Assembly: GCA_937864035.1 (NCBI GenBank) | Contig: CALMIO010000003.1 | Coordinates: 14,673-78,672 of the forward strand | Direction of reading: 5' to 3' | Length of the DNA stretch: 64,000 bases | From: an uncultured Pseudomonadota bacterium | Lineage (GTDB): Bacteria; Bdellovibrionota_C; UBA2361; CALMIO01 | In this document: in pieces, positions 30,802-41,544 of the stretch | Numbering within the stretch: the first letter of the stretch is position 1 | Layout of the letters: each line of letters begins with the position of its first letter | The notes under the pieces: generated by a model | What the model was told of the DNA's origin: nothing | The model's database searches: none | What the model saw: only the letters and a program-made list of their open reading frames with translations | Made by a program: the position numbers and the translations under genes

Positions 30802-33800
30802 ATGGACGAGCTATTTACTCTCTTTGAGAAACCCAAAAATCCGATCCGTTTTAACGCGATGAAAATTGCTTTAGCTAGCCCTGAGGTTATGAAGGGTTGG
30901 TCGCACGGTGAGGTAACCAAACCTGAGACGATCAATTATCGGACTTTAAAGCCAGAGCGTGATGGTTTGTTTTGCGCTAAGATCTTTGGGCCGGTAAAAG
31001 ACTACGAATGCATCTGCGGCAAATACAAAAGGCTCCGCCATCGTGGCGTTGTTTGCGAAAAGTGCGGTGTGGAGGTTATTCAATCTAAGGTCAGGCGGGA
31101 GCGGATGGGACATATAGAACTTGCTTGTCCGGTGGCTCACATTTGGTTTTTGAAAAGTTTGCCTAGCAGGATAGGGGCTGTGCTTGACATATCGCTACGC
31201 GATCTCGAGAAAGTTTTATATTTTGACAATTATATAGTTATTGGTGCGGGAAAAACTCCTTTAACGGTCGGCCAACTTCTAAGCGATCGTGAATATCGCG
31301 AGGCGCGCAATGATTATGGCGATGGCTTTACTGCTGGTATGGGCGCTGATGCTGTTTTGGAACTTTTAAAAAAGATTGACGTTGCCGCTCTTTCCGCTGA
31401 ACTTAAACAGGAGCTCAAAGTTACCAATTCTGATGCCAAGAGAAAGAAAATCGCCAAGCGTCTAAAGGTTCTGAACTCTTTCCTGCGAAGCGGCGTTAAG
31501 CCAGAATGGATGATCTTAACAATTTTGCCGGTGATTCCACCAGATCTTAGGCCACTTGTTCCGCTTGATGGTGGCAGATTTGCTACTTCTGATCTGAACG
31601 ATCTTTATCGTCGCGTCATAAATCGTAACAACCGTTTAAAACGTTTGATTGAACTTGGTGCTCCTGACATTATTATTCGCAACGAAAAGCGTATGTTGCA
31701 AGAGTCGGTTGACGCTTTGTTTGACAACGGGCGGCGCGGTCGAGTTGTGCAAGGACCAAATAAGCGACCATTAAAGTCTTTAAGCGATATGCTGAAAGGC
31801 AAAACAGGTCGTTTTAGGCAGAATCTACTTGGGAAACGAGTTGACTATTCGGGGCGTTCCGTTATCGTGGTCGGTCCTGAGCTCCGTCTGCATCAGTGCG
31901 GTTTGCCGAAGAAGATGGCTTTAGAACTTTTCAAGCCTTTTATTTACAACAAACTTGAAGAGCGTGGTTATGTTACTACCATTAAGAGCGCGAAAAAAAT
32001 GGTAGAAAAAGAGAAGTCAGTTGTTTGGGATATTCTTGATGAGGTTATTAAAGAGCATCCTGTTTTGCTAAACCGCGCACCGACTCTTCACCGTCTCGGC
32101 ATTCAGGCTTTTGAGCCGTTGCTAATAGAAGGTAAAGCAATACAACTTCATCCCCTTGTTTGTACCGCCTTTAACGCCGACTTTGACGGAGATCAAATGG
32201 CAGTACATGTGCCACTTTCGATCGAAGCACAAGTTGAGGCTCGAGTGTTGATGATGTCAACTAATAATATCTTAAGCCCAGCCAATGGCAAACCGATCAT
32301 TGTGCCATCTCAAGATATAGTGCTTGGTCTTTATTATATGACAAGAGAACGTCCTTTTGCGCAGGGTAGCGGCAGAATCTTTTCTAACTTACACGAGGTT
32401 CTGCTTGCTTGGGAGTTAGGAGAGCTTGATTTGCAAGCTAAAATTAAGGTGCGAATTGCCAATAAGGATCAACAGACACAATTGGTTGAGACAACAACCG
32501 GTCGTTGCTTGTTAGCTCTTATTGTGCCTCATCAATTGCCATTTTCTCTGTTTAACAGAGTTTTTAAGAAAAAAGAGATCTCTAATTTGATTGATGAGTC
32601 CTTCAGGCTACAGGGAGCCAAGGCAACTGTCATTTTAGCAGACCGCATTAAAGATGTTGGGTTTAGAATGGCGATGAGAGCCGGTATTTCGATCGGCGTT
32701 AAAGACATGATTATTCCAGAATCAAAAATAGATCTTTTAAGAGATGCTGATATTAAAGTGGGCGAAGTTGAGTCTCAGTATCAGGAGGGTTTGATTACTT
32801 CTGGTGAAAGGTACAATAAGGTGCTGGATGTTTGGTCTGAGGTTGGTGACAAGATAGCCGAAGATATGATGCAGGGGATTTCGACATCAGAATTTAAAAA
32901 CCCTGAGAGCTCTGAAAGCAAGCGCGGCCCATCGTTTAATCCGATTTATATTATGGCGGATTCGGGAGCTCGTGGTTCGATTCATCAGATTAAACAGGTT
33001 GCCGGTATGCGTGGTTTGATGGCAAGACCCGATGGTTCGATTATAGAGCAGCCTATTAAAGCTAACTTCCGCGAGGGACTTTCGGTTTTACAGTATTTCG
33101 TTTCCACTCACGGGGCGCGTAAAGGTTTGGCGGATACTGCTCTTAAAACGGCCAGCTCTGGTTATTTAACTCGCAAACTAGTTGATGTTGCCCAAGATAG
33201 TATTGTTACTGAATATGATTGCAAAACAACAGAGGGCATTGAGATTTCGGCTCTGATTGAAGGGGGCAAAGAGATTGATTCATTGGCTAATCGCATTTTA
33301 GGTAGAGTTGCCGCTGAGGATATTCGCGATCCGGTCACGGGAGAGATTTTAGTTGAACGTGATCAGGAGATCAACGAGGAGCGAGCCAACGCGATTACCA
33401 CGGCCGGAATAGACACCGTTTTTATCCGTTCGGTTCTAACTTGTGAATCAGATAAGGGGGTTTGCGTTCTTTGTTATGGTCGGGATTTAGCGCGAGGTCA
33501 TGTTGTAAATGTTGGCGAAGCGATTGGAGTCATTGCTGCCCAATCAATTGGCGAGCCGGGAACACAGTTAACGATGAGAACTTTCCATGTTGGCGGCGCG
33601 GCTTTGGGCAGAGCTGAGCAAACTAGCTTACAGGTAAAGTTTGCCGGTGAGATTAAGTTTGAAGGGGTAAGGCTTGCGACCAAACGTGACGGCAGTCAGA
33701 TTGTAATGAGCCGCAAGAGTGAGGTTGTAGTTGTTGACACGACTGAGAGCCGCGAGCGCGAAAGACACCCATTGGTTTATGGCGCTAAGCTCAAAGTCAA

Positions 33801-34947
33801 GGAGGGCGCTAGTGTTTCTCCGGGAGATATAATTGCCGAGTGGGATCCGTTTACAATTCCGATTTTGAGCGAAGTTGCTGGCCGTGTTGAGTGGCAAGAT
33901 ATTAATGAGTACACCATGGAGGAGCGCACTGATGAGCGTACTGGTTTCTCTGAGCGCGAGATTGTGCAATCTAAAGACAGGACATCTGATAGCCGTCCAC
34001 GAATTTTAGTTTATACCGAGTCTGGCGAGACTAAGGTTTATAACTTGCCGGTAGGAGTTAGAGTGGTGGTCGAGCACAATTCTGATATTGATGCCGGTGA
34101 TGTTATTGCCAAAAGAGAACGGGCTACTACCAAGACAAAAGATATTACCGGTGGCTTGCCGCGGGTTGTTGAACTGCTTGAGGCTAGAAAACCCAAAGAT
34201 CCCGCGATAGTTTCTGAAATTGAAGGAGTTGTTGATTTTGGGGATGACTCGCGAGGCAAGCGTTGTTTAATTGTTAAACCTGAAGTTGGAGAGCCGATTG
34301 AATATTTAATACCGAAAGGTAAGCATGTTGCAGTGCAGAGAGGGGATCATGTCAGGGCTGGCGAAGCATTGACTGACGGTTCGACCAATCCACATGATAT
34401 TTTAAGGATTGAAGGTGTCAGGGCTTTGGCAAGCTTCTTGGTAAACGAAGTGCAGGAGATATACCGCTTGCAAGGCGTGCAGATTAACGACAAACATATT
34501 GAAGTGATTGTGCGTCAGATGTTGAAACGGGTGGTTATTAGCGATCCGGGCAGTACCGATTTCTTGGCTGGTGACAGCGTGCCGCGACATCGTGTTATAG
34601 CGGAAAATCAACGAGTTGTTGCTCAAGGAGGACAACCAGCGACTTATGAACATCAATTGCTTGGTATTACCAAAGCGGCTCTTTCGACTGAATCTTTTAT
34701 TTCTGCCGCTAGCTTCCAAGAGACCACTAAGGTATTAACCGAAGCGGCTATTTCTGGTCGGGTTGATCATCTAAATGGTCTTAAAGAGAATGTGATTATG
34801 GGTCGGTTGATTCCGGCGGGTACGGGGGTCGCGAGTTATGCGAAACCAGATATTAAAGTCGAAGGCAGTGAGCATGTCGATATTAATGAAAAGGTTAGAT
34901 ATAAAATCAGTCAGAGTTCATTAGAATCTCTTGCCGGTTTACTTTAG
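30802..34947 (+). CDS. rpoC: DNA-directed RNA polymerase subunit beta'
   Basis: 1381 aa. Zn-finger CxxC...CxxC near the N-terminus, catalytic NADFDGD motif, and the trigger-loop region. Confidence 0.98.
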   Translation: MDELFTLFEKPKNPIRFNAMKIALASPEVMKGWSHGEVTKPETINYRTLKPERDGLFCAKIFGPVKDYECICGKYKRLRHRGVVCEKCGVEVIQSKVRRERMGHIELACPVAHIWFLKSLPSRIGAVLDISLRDLEKVLYFDNYIVIGAGKTPLTVGQLLSDREYREARNDYGDGFTAGMGADAVLELLKKIDVAALSAELKQELKVTNSDAKRKKIAKRLKVLNSFLRSGVKPEWMILTILPVIPPDLRPLVPLDGGRFATSDLNDLYRRVINRNNRLKRLIELGAPDIIIRNEKRMLQESVDALFDNGRRGRVVQGPNKRPLKSLSDMLKGKTGRFRQNLLGKRVDYSGRSVIVVGPELRLHQCGLPKKMALELFKPFIYNKLEERGYVTTIKSAKKMVEKEKSVVWDILDEVIKEHPVLLNRAPTLHRLGIQAFEPLLIEGKAIQLHPLVCTAFNADFDGDQMAVHVPLSIEAQVEARVLMMSTNNILSPANGKPIIVPSQDIVLGLYYMTRERPFAQGSGRIFSNLHEVLLAWELGELDLQAKIKVRIANKDQQTQLVETTTGRCLLALIVPHQLPFSLFNRVFKKKEISNLIDESFRLQGAKATVILADRIKDVGFRMAMRAGISIGVKDMIIPESKIDLLRDADIKVGEVESQYQEGLITSGERYNKVLDVWSEVGDKIAEDMMQGISTSEFKNPESSESKRGPSFNPIYIMADSGARGSIHQIKQVAGMRGLMARPDGSIIEQPIKANFREGLSVLQYFVSTHGARKGLADTALKTASSGYLTRKLVDVAQDSIVTEYDCKTTEGIEISALIEGGKEIDSLANRILGRVAAEDIRDPVTGEILVERDQEINEERANAITTAGIDTVFIRSVLTCESDKGVCVLCYGRDLARGHVVNVGEAIGVIAAQSIGEPGTQLTMRTFHVGGAALGRAEQTSLQVKFAGEIKFEGVRLATKRDGSQIVMSRKSEVVVVDTTESRERERHPLVYGAKLKVKEGASVSPGDIIAEWDPFTIPILSEVAGRVEWQDINEYTMEERTDERTGFSEREIVQSKDRTSDSRPRILVYTESGETKVYNLPVGVRVVVEHNSDIDAGDVIAKRERATTKTKDITGGLPRVVELLEARKPKDPAIVSEIEGVVDFGDDSRGKRCLIVKPEVGEPIEYLIPKGKHVAVQRGDHVRAGEALTDGSTNPHDILRIEGVRALASFLVNEVQEIYRLQGVQINDKHIEVIVRQMLKRVVISDPGSTDFLAGDSVPRHRVIAENQRVVAQGGQPATYEHQLLGITKAALSTESFISAASFQETTKVLTEAAISGRVDHLNGLKENVIMGRLIPAGTGVASYAKPDIKVEGSEHVDINEKVRYKISQSSLESLAGLL

Positions 34948-34965
34948 TGATATCCGGATTCAAAG

Positions 34966-35799
34966 ATGGTAATTCCCCAAGAGACTTACTCTAAAGAGCT
35001 TTTTCCAAATGGTCGGTGGCTTTTATGTTGCCCTGATCATTATGGGATTAAGTACGAAATTAACCCATGGATGAATTTACAAAACACAGCTAATTCCAAG
35101 CTTGCTTGGTGTCAGTGGAAGGGGTTGCATCATGCGATTTTAAGGCTTGGTGGTTGGGTTGAATATGTTGAGCAATTTGAGTCGTCTCCTGATATGGTTT
35201 TTACCGCTAATGGTGGTTTGGTTTCTGGCAACACAGCTTTACTTGCTAAGTTTAAATACCCTGAAAGACGTGGTGAGGAGGCTGGTTTTAGAAAATGGTT
35301 TATAGAGCATGGATTTAATGTTGTTGAGCTTGGCACTGATGGTTATTTTGAAGGCGAGGGGGATGCTTTATTTGCCGGTGAAACTCTTTTTTGCGGTTAT
35401 GGTTTTAGATCGGACAAAGTTGTTTATTCGAAGGTTGCCGAGCTTTTGAAAATCAAGAAAATCATTTTATGTGAGCTTGTTGATCCTTATTTTTATCATT
35501 TAGATACCTGCTTTGCTCCGTTAAACGAGAGACAGGCTTTGATTTGGCCAAAAGCCTTTAGCCCTGAGTCGATCAAAAATATTGAAAAGGAGATTGAGCT
35601 TATTGCTGTTAGCGAAGCGGAGGCGCGACTTTTTTGTTGCAATCTAGTAGTATTAGGGAAGGGGGTTATTTTACCGGCTGGCGCCGAACTGGTAGCGGCG
35701 GAGCTTGGCAGAAGGGGGTTCGAGCCGCATCAAGTCGAGCTTTCGGAATTTATCAAGGCTGGCGGAGCGGCTAAATGTTTGACTTTAAGGCTTGGTTAG
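34966..35799 (+). CDS. Amidinotransferase-superfamily protein (DDAH/arginine-deiminase-like fold)
   Basis: 277 aa with a C-terminal catalytic-Cys motif (GGAAKCLTLRL) and internal HLDT and D/E blocks typical of the guanidino-modifying enzyme superfamily. It starts 18 bp after rpoC. Confidence 0.7.
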   Translation: MVIPQETYSKELFPNGRWLLCCPDHYGIKYEINPWMNLQNTANSKLAWCQWKGLHHAILRLGGWVEYVEQFESSPDMVFTANGGLVSGNTALLAKFKYPERRGEEAGFRKWFIEHGFNVVELGTDGYFEGEGDALFAGETLFCGYGFRSDKVVYSKVAELLKIKKIILCELVDPYFYHLDTCFAPLNERQALIWPKAFSPESIKNIEKEIELIAVSEAEARLFCCNLVVLGKGVILPAGAELVAAELGRRGFEPHQVELSEFIKAGGAAKCLTLRLG

Positions 35800-36320
35800 T
35801 GAATAAAAGACCCACAAAACAAGACTTCTTAAACAGCATTTTTAAAAATTATCTTGTGTTCCGTGAAAAATTATTGGAAAGCTGACTAGAGGGTAGAAAA
35901 AACTCTAAAAGGCGATCGAATATAATGCAAGAAATTTGCAGAAAAAGACTATAAGCCTTGCAAAAGTAATTGAACCAAAATAGTCGGAACGTGGGCATAC
36001 TTTCCAGTTTCAAAGAGAGTTAAGAGCAAAGGGGGCTAATTGGCAGGTAAAACGGTTTGGGGTCGGTTTGCAAGGAAGTTTGAAGAGCGTTGCGGCGGTG
36101 AGAAAGAAGAAAAAAACGGACCGCTCCCCTTGGACGTTGCGAGGCGAGAACGATGAGGGAGATATATATGGAGAGATATATATAAAGCCTGCCTATATTT
36201 GAATCTTCAGTGAAAAATCACCCTTTTTTATAGTGCCACCCTCTTTTAATTGATTTTAAAGGATAATCAATATAAGCCAAAAATTTAGAAAACCTTTTAA
36301 AAACAGGGTGGCGCTATTAA

Positions 36321-36581
36321 CTAAAAAGTCCCAGTGGTTGTTGTAGTATGAAAGTCGCGATCCATAACAGTTTTGCGACCCTCTTTTTTGGCGTTTTCTA
36401 TCGCCTTTAAACACTCTTTACGAACAATATTTGATAATATCTCCGCTACGCTGGCTGATGTGTTCATACCAGAAGCTGTTTTAACGAAGCTTTTGAGTTT
36501 TGAAACTACAACTAAGATGTCTTTGCTAGTTGTTCCGCCTGCCTCGCCAACTCTTACGTTATTGGTTGCTGTTTGATCCAT
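36321..36581 (-). CDS. Small histone-fold protein (bacterial histone, DUF1931/HBb-like)
   Basis: 86 aa. AAGGAG lies 8 nt upstream of ATG at 36581. The core (ILVVVSKLKSFVKTASGMNTSASVAEILSNIVRKECLKAIENAKKEGRKTVMDRDF) aligns with archaeal HMfB (ARITLAKILEEMGRDIASEAIKLARHAGRKTIKAEDI). It shares the loop-2 RKT motif plus downstream Asp. It also matches the singlet histone fold I recall for Bdellovibrio Bd0055 and Aquifex Aq_328. Confidence 0.6.
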   Translation of the reverse strand: MDQTATNNVRVGEAGGTTSKDILVVVSKLKSFVKTASGMNTSASVAEILSNIVRKECLKAIENAKKEGRKTVMDRDFHTTTTTGTF

Positions 36582-36868
36582 ATCCTGACTCTCCTTAATA
36601 AGTTAAAATTGAGTTTATAAAAAATAAAAGAGATATTTAAAGCTAGTTCAACTTATATCCTCTTTTCAAAGGCTATCCTTATAGCATCCAACTTTTGGCT
36701 TTTAAAGTCAAAGAAAATCGTAAGTACCTAATTTGACTATTTTTTTGTTAATATAGATTTTTACTATATGTTTAATATCTTTGATTATAGAGAGTTTTAA
36801 ATTACCCTCTAACTCTGCTAAGTTACTCTGATTAAGAATTCTTTGTATATTACAGTTTATATACGAGA

Positions 36869-36898
36869 TTGACAGGATAAGTATTACTTAAATATCAA
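36869..36898 (+). promoter_or_regulatory. Candidate sigma70-type promoter upstream of accD (TTGACA, 17-18 nt spacer, TATCAA)
   Basis: TTGACA at 36869-36874 and TATCAA at 36893-36898. It sits very close to the accD ATG (36910), implying a near-leaderless transcript. This is a by-eye call only. Confidence 0.2.
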
Positions 36899-36909
36899 TT
36901 TTTTAAATT

Positions 36910-37764
36910 ATGGGATGGTTTACTAGAAGCAAAGCGCCTAAACCAGTAGCTGAAGTTTCCGAACGAGACACGCTACTTGATGATGTTTGGACAAAGTGCC
37001 CGGGGTGCGAAGTAATCACCTTTACCAAAGAGCTTAAAAAAAGCATCGGAGTTTGTCCTAAATGTAATTACCATTTTAGGTTAACGGCGTCTCAACGAAT
37101 ACCTCTATTAACCGACAGACACTCTTTTGTCGAACTCGATTACGATCTTCAGTCAACCGATCCACTTAATTTTAAAGATAGCAAACGTTACAAAGAGCGA
37201 CTAAAAAGAGCCGCCAAAGCGAGTGAATCACCAGAAGCCGTGCGCACCGGAAAAGCTCGTATAAACAATATACCAGTAATGCTGGGGGTTTTTGAGTTTG
37301 GTTTTATGGGCGGTAGTATGGGATCGGTAGTTGGTGAAAAATTGACTAGAATGATTGAAATTGGCATCGAGGAAAAAAAGCCAGTTATTATAGTTTCCGC
37401 CTCTGGCGGCGCCCGAATGCAAGAGGGGATTTATTCTCTAATGCAAATGGCGAAAGTTAGTGCGGCACTAGCAAAACTTGGGTCAAACCATTTGCCTTAC
37501 ATCTCTGTTCTTACCGATCCAACCACTGGCGGCGTTGCCGCTTCTTTTGCTATGTTAGGCGATATAATTATTGCCGAACCTAAGGCGTTAATAGGGTTTG
37601 CTGGTCCGCGAGTGATTGAGCAAACAATCAGACAAAAATTGCCGGAGGGTTTTCAGCGAGCTGAGTTTCTTTTGGAACATGGAATTATAGATAGGATAGT
37701 TCAACGCGCTGATATGAAAGATGAGTTGACAATAATTCTAAAAAATCTTGGGTTTTCTGCTTAG
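36910..37764 (+). CDS. accD: Acetyl-CoA carboxylase carboxyltransferase subunit beta
   Basis: N-terminal Zn ribbon (CPGCEVITFTKELKKSIGVCPKCNYH) and a crotonase-fold carboxyltransferase domain (GGSMGSVVGEK; SGGARMQEG). Confidence 0.95.
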   Translation: MGWFTRSKAPKPVAEVSERDTLLDDVWTKCPGCEVITFTKELKKSIGVCPKCNYHFRLTASQRIPLLTDRHSFVELDYDLQSTDPLNFKDSKRYKERLKRAAKASESPEAVRTGKARINNIPVMLGVFEFGFMGGSMGSVVGEKLTRMIEIGIEEKKPVIIVSASGGARMQEGIYSLMQMAKVSAALAKLGSNHLPYISVLTDPTTGGVAASFAMLGDIIIAEPKALIGFAGPRVIEQTIRQKLPEGFQRAEFLLEHGIIDRIVQRADMKDELTIILKNLGFSA

Positions 37765-37766
37765 CA

Positions 37767-40382
37767 GTGGTCGTTAGAGTTAACTTTTTATTTTATTCTC
37801 TTTCTCAATATAAATCCTTTTTGCGATTGCTATCGGCGCTACTCGGATTTTTCTTATGCTATCTTAACGCGCCCGCGTTAGCCCAATCTGTTGCAAGACC
37901 TAATCAGCGCAAATTGTTCGATGAGGATCTTAAAGACAACGTGATAGCGGCTCGCAAACTTCAGGCCGATGCCGCCAAGACTCAAGATAATCCAAAGCAG
38001 GAGATAGATATCGAGTCGCCCTCGCTTTCAATGGATCGAGAGAGCGAAGTTGTGTTCGCGCGAGATGGAGTTGTTCTTAGTAAAGGACTTTTGCGCGCGT
38101 CAGCCAGAGAGAGCGATATCGACACTAAAAACAAAGAAGCCGAACTACGAGGCGATGTTTATATCGGTACTCCGGAATTTAGCCTTAATGGAGATAAGGC
38201 ACGATTTAATTTTGAAGAGGAAACAGGAAATTTTCACGATTCTTACATAGAGTTTGAAGAGGGTGGCTATGGAGTTGCCAGCGAATACGCCCAGAAATTA
38301 AGCGAATTTGAGTATGAATTTAAAAATCTTAAATTCTCCACCTGCCACTGCGAAGATTGTGGTCAAGATGTCGCGAAACAACCTTGGTATTTTACCTCTT
38401 CGCGCACCTTTATTACCCAAGATGGTCATGGACATGCTTATAATGTTGTTTTTCGCTTTAAGGGAGTTCCATTGATTTATGTCCCTTATTTTTTCTTTCC
38501 TGCTAAAGTTGAGAGATCTTCTGGTTTGTTGGCGCCAACTTTTGGTTTTAGTAACCAAGATGGTTTTCAATATCGCCAACCTATTTATATTGTTCCCAGC
38601 GACACCAACGAGCTTTTAATTACACCGTTTACCGAAACGCGCAGTCGCAATGGAGCTTGGTTTGATTATAGACACTCTTTTGTGAACAATAATTCTTTAA
38701 GGGTAAAATTACTCTATTCTAATGAAGGACCGCGAGGAAATTCTGCCAGAGGTTTGCAAATCGCTGACGCGGCGGGAAGATCATTTTTCCACGATCCAAC
38801 TATTGATACGAATCGTATCGGCGCCTATGTTTCTCAGCTTTATCGCACCGAACCCGAAGCGTTGCTGCCGACGACGATTGTTACTGACGCGCATTTTGCC
38901 AGTGATAATCTGATGATTCGTGAAATTGAGGATAATGACATAGCGTTGCCCGATGCCGCTTTTTTGAGCTCTAGCATGGTGGCTCGATCTCAATTGGGAA
39001 GGTATTTAACGGCTGAGCTAGCGGGTGAATATAACCAAACTATCTTCGGCAACCAAGATCTCGATGTTTTTCAACGCGCCCCGCGGGTATCTCTTTATGG
39101 CGGGTATAATCTTGATCCCTTTGGCAAGAACATGCTTGGGGCAAAGTTGCGTCTAAGTGGAATGTTAAATTACACCAACTTTTATCGTAGTGGAGAGTTT
39201 ATTGAGAGTATAGGCGAGAAAGTGGGTTTTGATGGAAGCAGGGTGCAATTAGCTCCCCGCTTAGAGATGCCATTTCATTATAAAAATTATTTTAATGGCT
39301 CCGTAAACCTCTCGTATCTTCGCAATATATATAATCTTGATAATCGTTTGACTGTTTCAGGAGAAGAGTTGGATAGCTCCAGCTCAAATGATTTTGTAAC
39401 TTTGTCTGCTGGACTTGGTACGGCTTTTGAGCGGGTTTACGAATTGCCAGAAGATAATATTTTGACTTATTTGACATCGCTTGGAACTCAATCACAATCA
39501 GCTGATCTCAAAAGGGTCAAACATACCTTTGAGCCATTTGTCGGTTTTTTGTTTTCTCCTCCCGCGAGCCAAGATCGCCGCTTGATTTTTGATTCAACCG
39601 ACGTCAACCGACAACGCTCTCAGATTAGTTATGGTTTTTCGACCTCGCTTTTGGGGCGTTTTTTGCCGAAAGAAAGTTTTGTTTATCAATCGCGTGAACT
39701 TGCTCCGCGAGTTGAAGATCTGAATCTTTTTGAAACTCGTCCCGGCGTTCCCGAGCTGGATGATTTTGGCGGCGCTAGAGGAGGTAGTTTTTCTACTAGA
39801 CGTGGTTCAATCTCTGAATTGGCTCGCTTTAGCTTACAGCAGGTTTATGATTTTGTTGAAAAAGATAAAGACCTGAATCCTAATATTCGACCACTCTCTG
39901 ATTTAACCGGGCGACTTTTGCTTTTTCCATCGGCTTACACCGCTTTTGATATTACCTCGACTTTTAGCACTTATGACAGGGATGTTACCAGCCTCTCTTT
40001 AGCTACGAACTTATCAGATGATCGCGGCGATGTTCTCAGATTGAACTATCTTTTTATATCGCCTCAGGAAGACGCCACTAATCCTAATGCTTTTGTCCGC
40101 CAAAGACAGGGACAGCTTGAGGCGCAATTGCAACTGACCATTACCGATCAAGTAAAACTTGGATACTATACCCGGTATGATGATAAAACTTCGACCTTTA
40201 TTGAAAATCGTTCGATGTTGCGTTTCATTGGTTCTTGCAATTGTTGGAGTATTGATGTTGGTTATCGCGATCGCGCTAATCCCGACAGGCAAAACGTTTT
40301 CGTCAATTTAAATCTTTTGGGAGTTGGCAGTCTCAATCAACAGCTTATGTCCTATAGGCGCAATCAGTCTAATTTGCAATAA
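37767..40382 (+). CDS. lptD: LPS-assembly outer-membrane protein LptD (OstA family)
   Basis: 871 aa. The GTG start lies 3 bp after the accD stop. Signal-like N-terminus, OstA N-terminal-type domain, and a large beta-barrel-rich body ending with an aromatic-rich C-terminus typical of OstA_C. Confidence 0.75.
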   Translation: MVVRVNFLFYSLSQYKSFLRLLSALLGFFLCYLNAPALAQSVARPNQRKLFDEDLKDNVIAARKLQADAAKTQDNPKQEIDIESPSLSMDRESEVVFARDGVVLSKGLLRASARESDIDTKNKEAELRGDVYIGTPEFSLNGDKARFNFEEETGNFHDSYIEFEEGGYGVASEYAQKLSEFEYEFKNLKFSTCHCEDCGQDVAKQPWYFTSSRTFITQDGHGHAYNVVFRFKGVPLIYVPYFFFPAKVERSSGLLAPTFGFSNQDGFQYRQPIYIVPSDTNELLITPFTETRSRNGAWFDYRHSFVNNNSLRVKLLYSNEGPRGNSARGLQIADAAGRSFFHDPTIDTNRIGAYVSQLYRTEPEALLPTTIVTDAHFASDNLMIREIEDNDIALPDAAFLSSSMVARSQLGRYLTAELAGEYNQTIFGNQDLDVFQRAPRVSLYGGYNLDPFGKNMLGAKLRLSGMLNYTNFYRSGEFIESIGEKVGFDGSRVQLAPRLEMPFHYKNYFNGSVNLSYLRNIYNLDNRLTVSGEELDSSSSNDFVTLSAGLGTAFERVYELPEDNILTYLTSLGTQSQSADLKRVKHTFEPFVGFLFSPPASQDRRLIFDSTDVNRQRSQISYGFSTSLLGRFLPKESFVYQSRELAPRVEDLNLFETRPGVPELDDFGGARGGSFSTRRGSISELARFSLQQVYDFVEKDKDLNPNIRPLSDLTGRLLLFPSAYTAFDITSTFSTYDRDVTSLSLATNLSDDRGDVLRLNYLFISPQEDATNPNAFVRQRQGQLEAQLQLTITDQVKLGYYTRYDDKTSTFIENRSMLRFIGSCNCWSIDVGYRDRANPDRQNVFVNLNLLGVGSLNQQLMSYRRNQSNLQ

Positions 40383-40457
40383 GTCATCAAGTTCGAAGTT
40401 GTTTTTTTGCGCCATGGCGGTTGGTCTGGAAGTTGTTTTTTTTATATGTTATAAAAG

Positions 40458-41510
40458 TTGAATATGAAAGTTTTAGTTACCGGCGCCGCCGGTTTTATCG
40501 GCTCTAATTTAATTCATCTGCTCTCTAAAGAGCGGTCAAATTGGAGGCTTTTCGCCCTTGACCTGCTAACCTACGCTGGCAATCTGGAAAATCTGGAACC
40601 TTTGATTTCTCAAGATAAAATTAGTTTTATTCGTGGAGACGTTTGCGATCGCGATTTGATGAATGCTCTTTTCGGAGAGCACCGCTTTGATCTGATTTTT
40701 CATCTAGCCGCCGAAAGTCATGTTGATCGTTCGATTTTAAATAGCGAAGCTTTCGTGAAGACAAATGTTTTAGGAACGCAAGTTTTGCTTGACGCTTTGC
40801 GAGGTTTTAGTAAAAACGCTCGTTTTATCCATGTGTCAACCGACGAGGTTTACGGCTCCTTAGGCGCGACTGGTCGTTTTTTGGAGACCACTCCGCTTGA
40901 TCCTTCTAGTCCTTATAGCGCCTCGAAAGCGGCTTCGGATCTGTTGGTTTTAGCGGCGCATAAAACTTACAAGTTAAATGTTATCGTTACTAGGTGCACT
41001 AATAATTACGGTCCGTACCAGTTTCCCGAGAAAATAATTCCACTGTTCGTGACTAATGCGATGGGCGATCAGTCTTTGCCAGTTTATGGGGATGGTTTGC
41101 AGGTGCGCAGTTGGCTTTGGGTCGAAGATCACTGCTTGGCGCTTTTAAAAATCGCCGAAAACGGGCTTGCCGGAGAGATATACAACATTGGCTGTGAAAG
41201 CGAGGGCGAACTGCCCAATTTGGAGCTAACAAAGATGATTTTGAAACTGCTTGGCAAGCCTGAAAGTTTAATTCAACACGTTGCTGATCGGCCGGCACAC
41301 GACAGGCGATACGCGGTTGACACCTCTAAAATTCGCGAGCAACTTGGTTGGCGGCCTAAAATAAGTATTCATGAGGGACTTATTAAAACGGTTGATTGGT
41401 ATAGGGCGAATGTCGCTTGGTGGCAGAGGATTAAAAGCGGCGCTTATCTTGAATATTATAAGAAAAATTACGCCGATCGCGATTCTCTTGGGGAGCAAAT
41501 AATTAACTAG
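40458..41510 (+). CDS. rfbB: dTDP-glucose 4,6-dehydratase
   Basis: 350 aa. Rossmann GAAGFIGSN and catalytic YSASKAASD (YxxxK). RmlB-type C-terminus. Confidence 0.93.
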   Translation: MNMKVLVTGAAGFIGSNLIHLLSKERSNWRLFALDLLTYAGNLENLEPLISQDKISFIRGDVCDRDLMNALFGEHRFDLIFHLAAESHVDRSILNSEAFVKTNVLGTQVLLDALRGFSKNARFIHVSTDEVYGSLGATGRFLETTPLDPSSPYSASKAASDLLVLAAHKTYKLNVIVTRCTNNYGPYQFPEKIIPLFVTNAMGDQSLPVYGDGLQVRSWLWVEDHCLALLKIAENGLAGEIYNIGCESEGELPNLELTKMILKLLGKPESLIQHVADRPAHDRRYAVDTSKIREQLGWRPKISIHEGLIKTVDWYRANVAWWQRIKSGAYLEYYKKNYADRDSLGEQIIN

Positions 41511-41544
41511 TCGCTCAAAATCGACTTTAGGTAGTAAATCAATT

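Noticed and set aside
33498-34719. Minus-strand ORFs inside rpoC (33498..33683, 33628..33969, 34038..34259, 34402..34719)
   Set aside because: Antisense to conserved rpoC.
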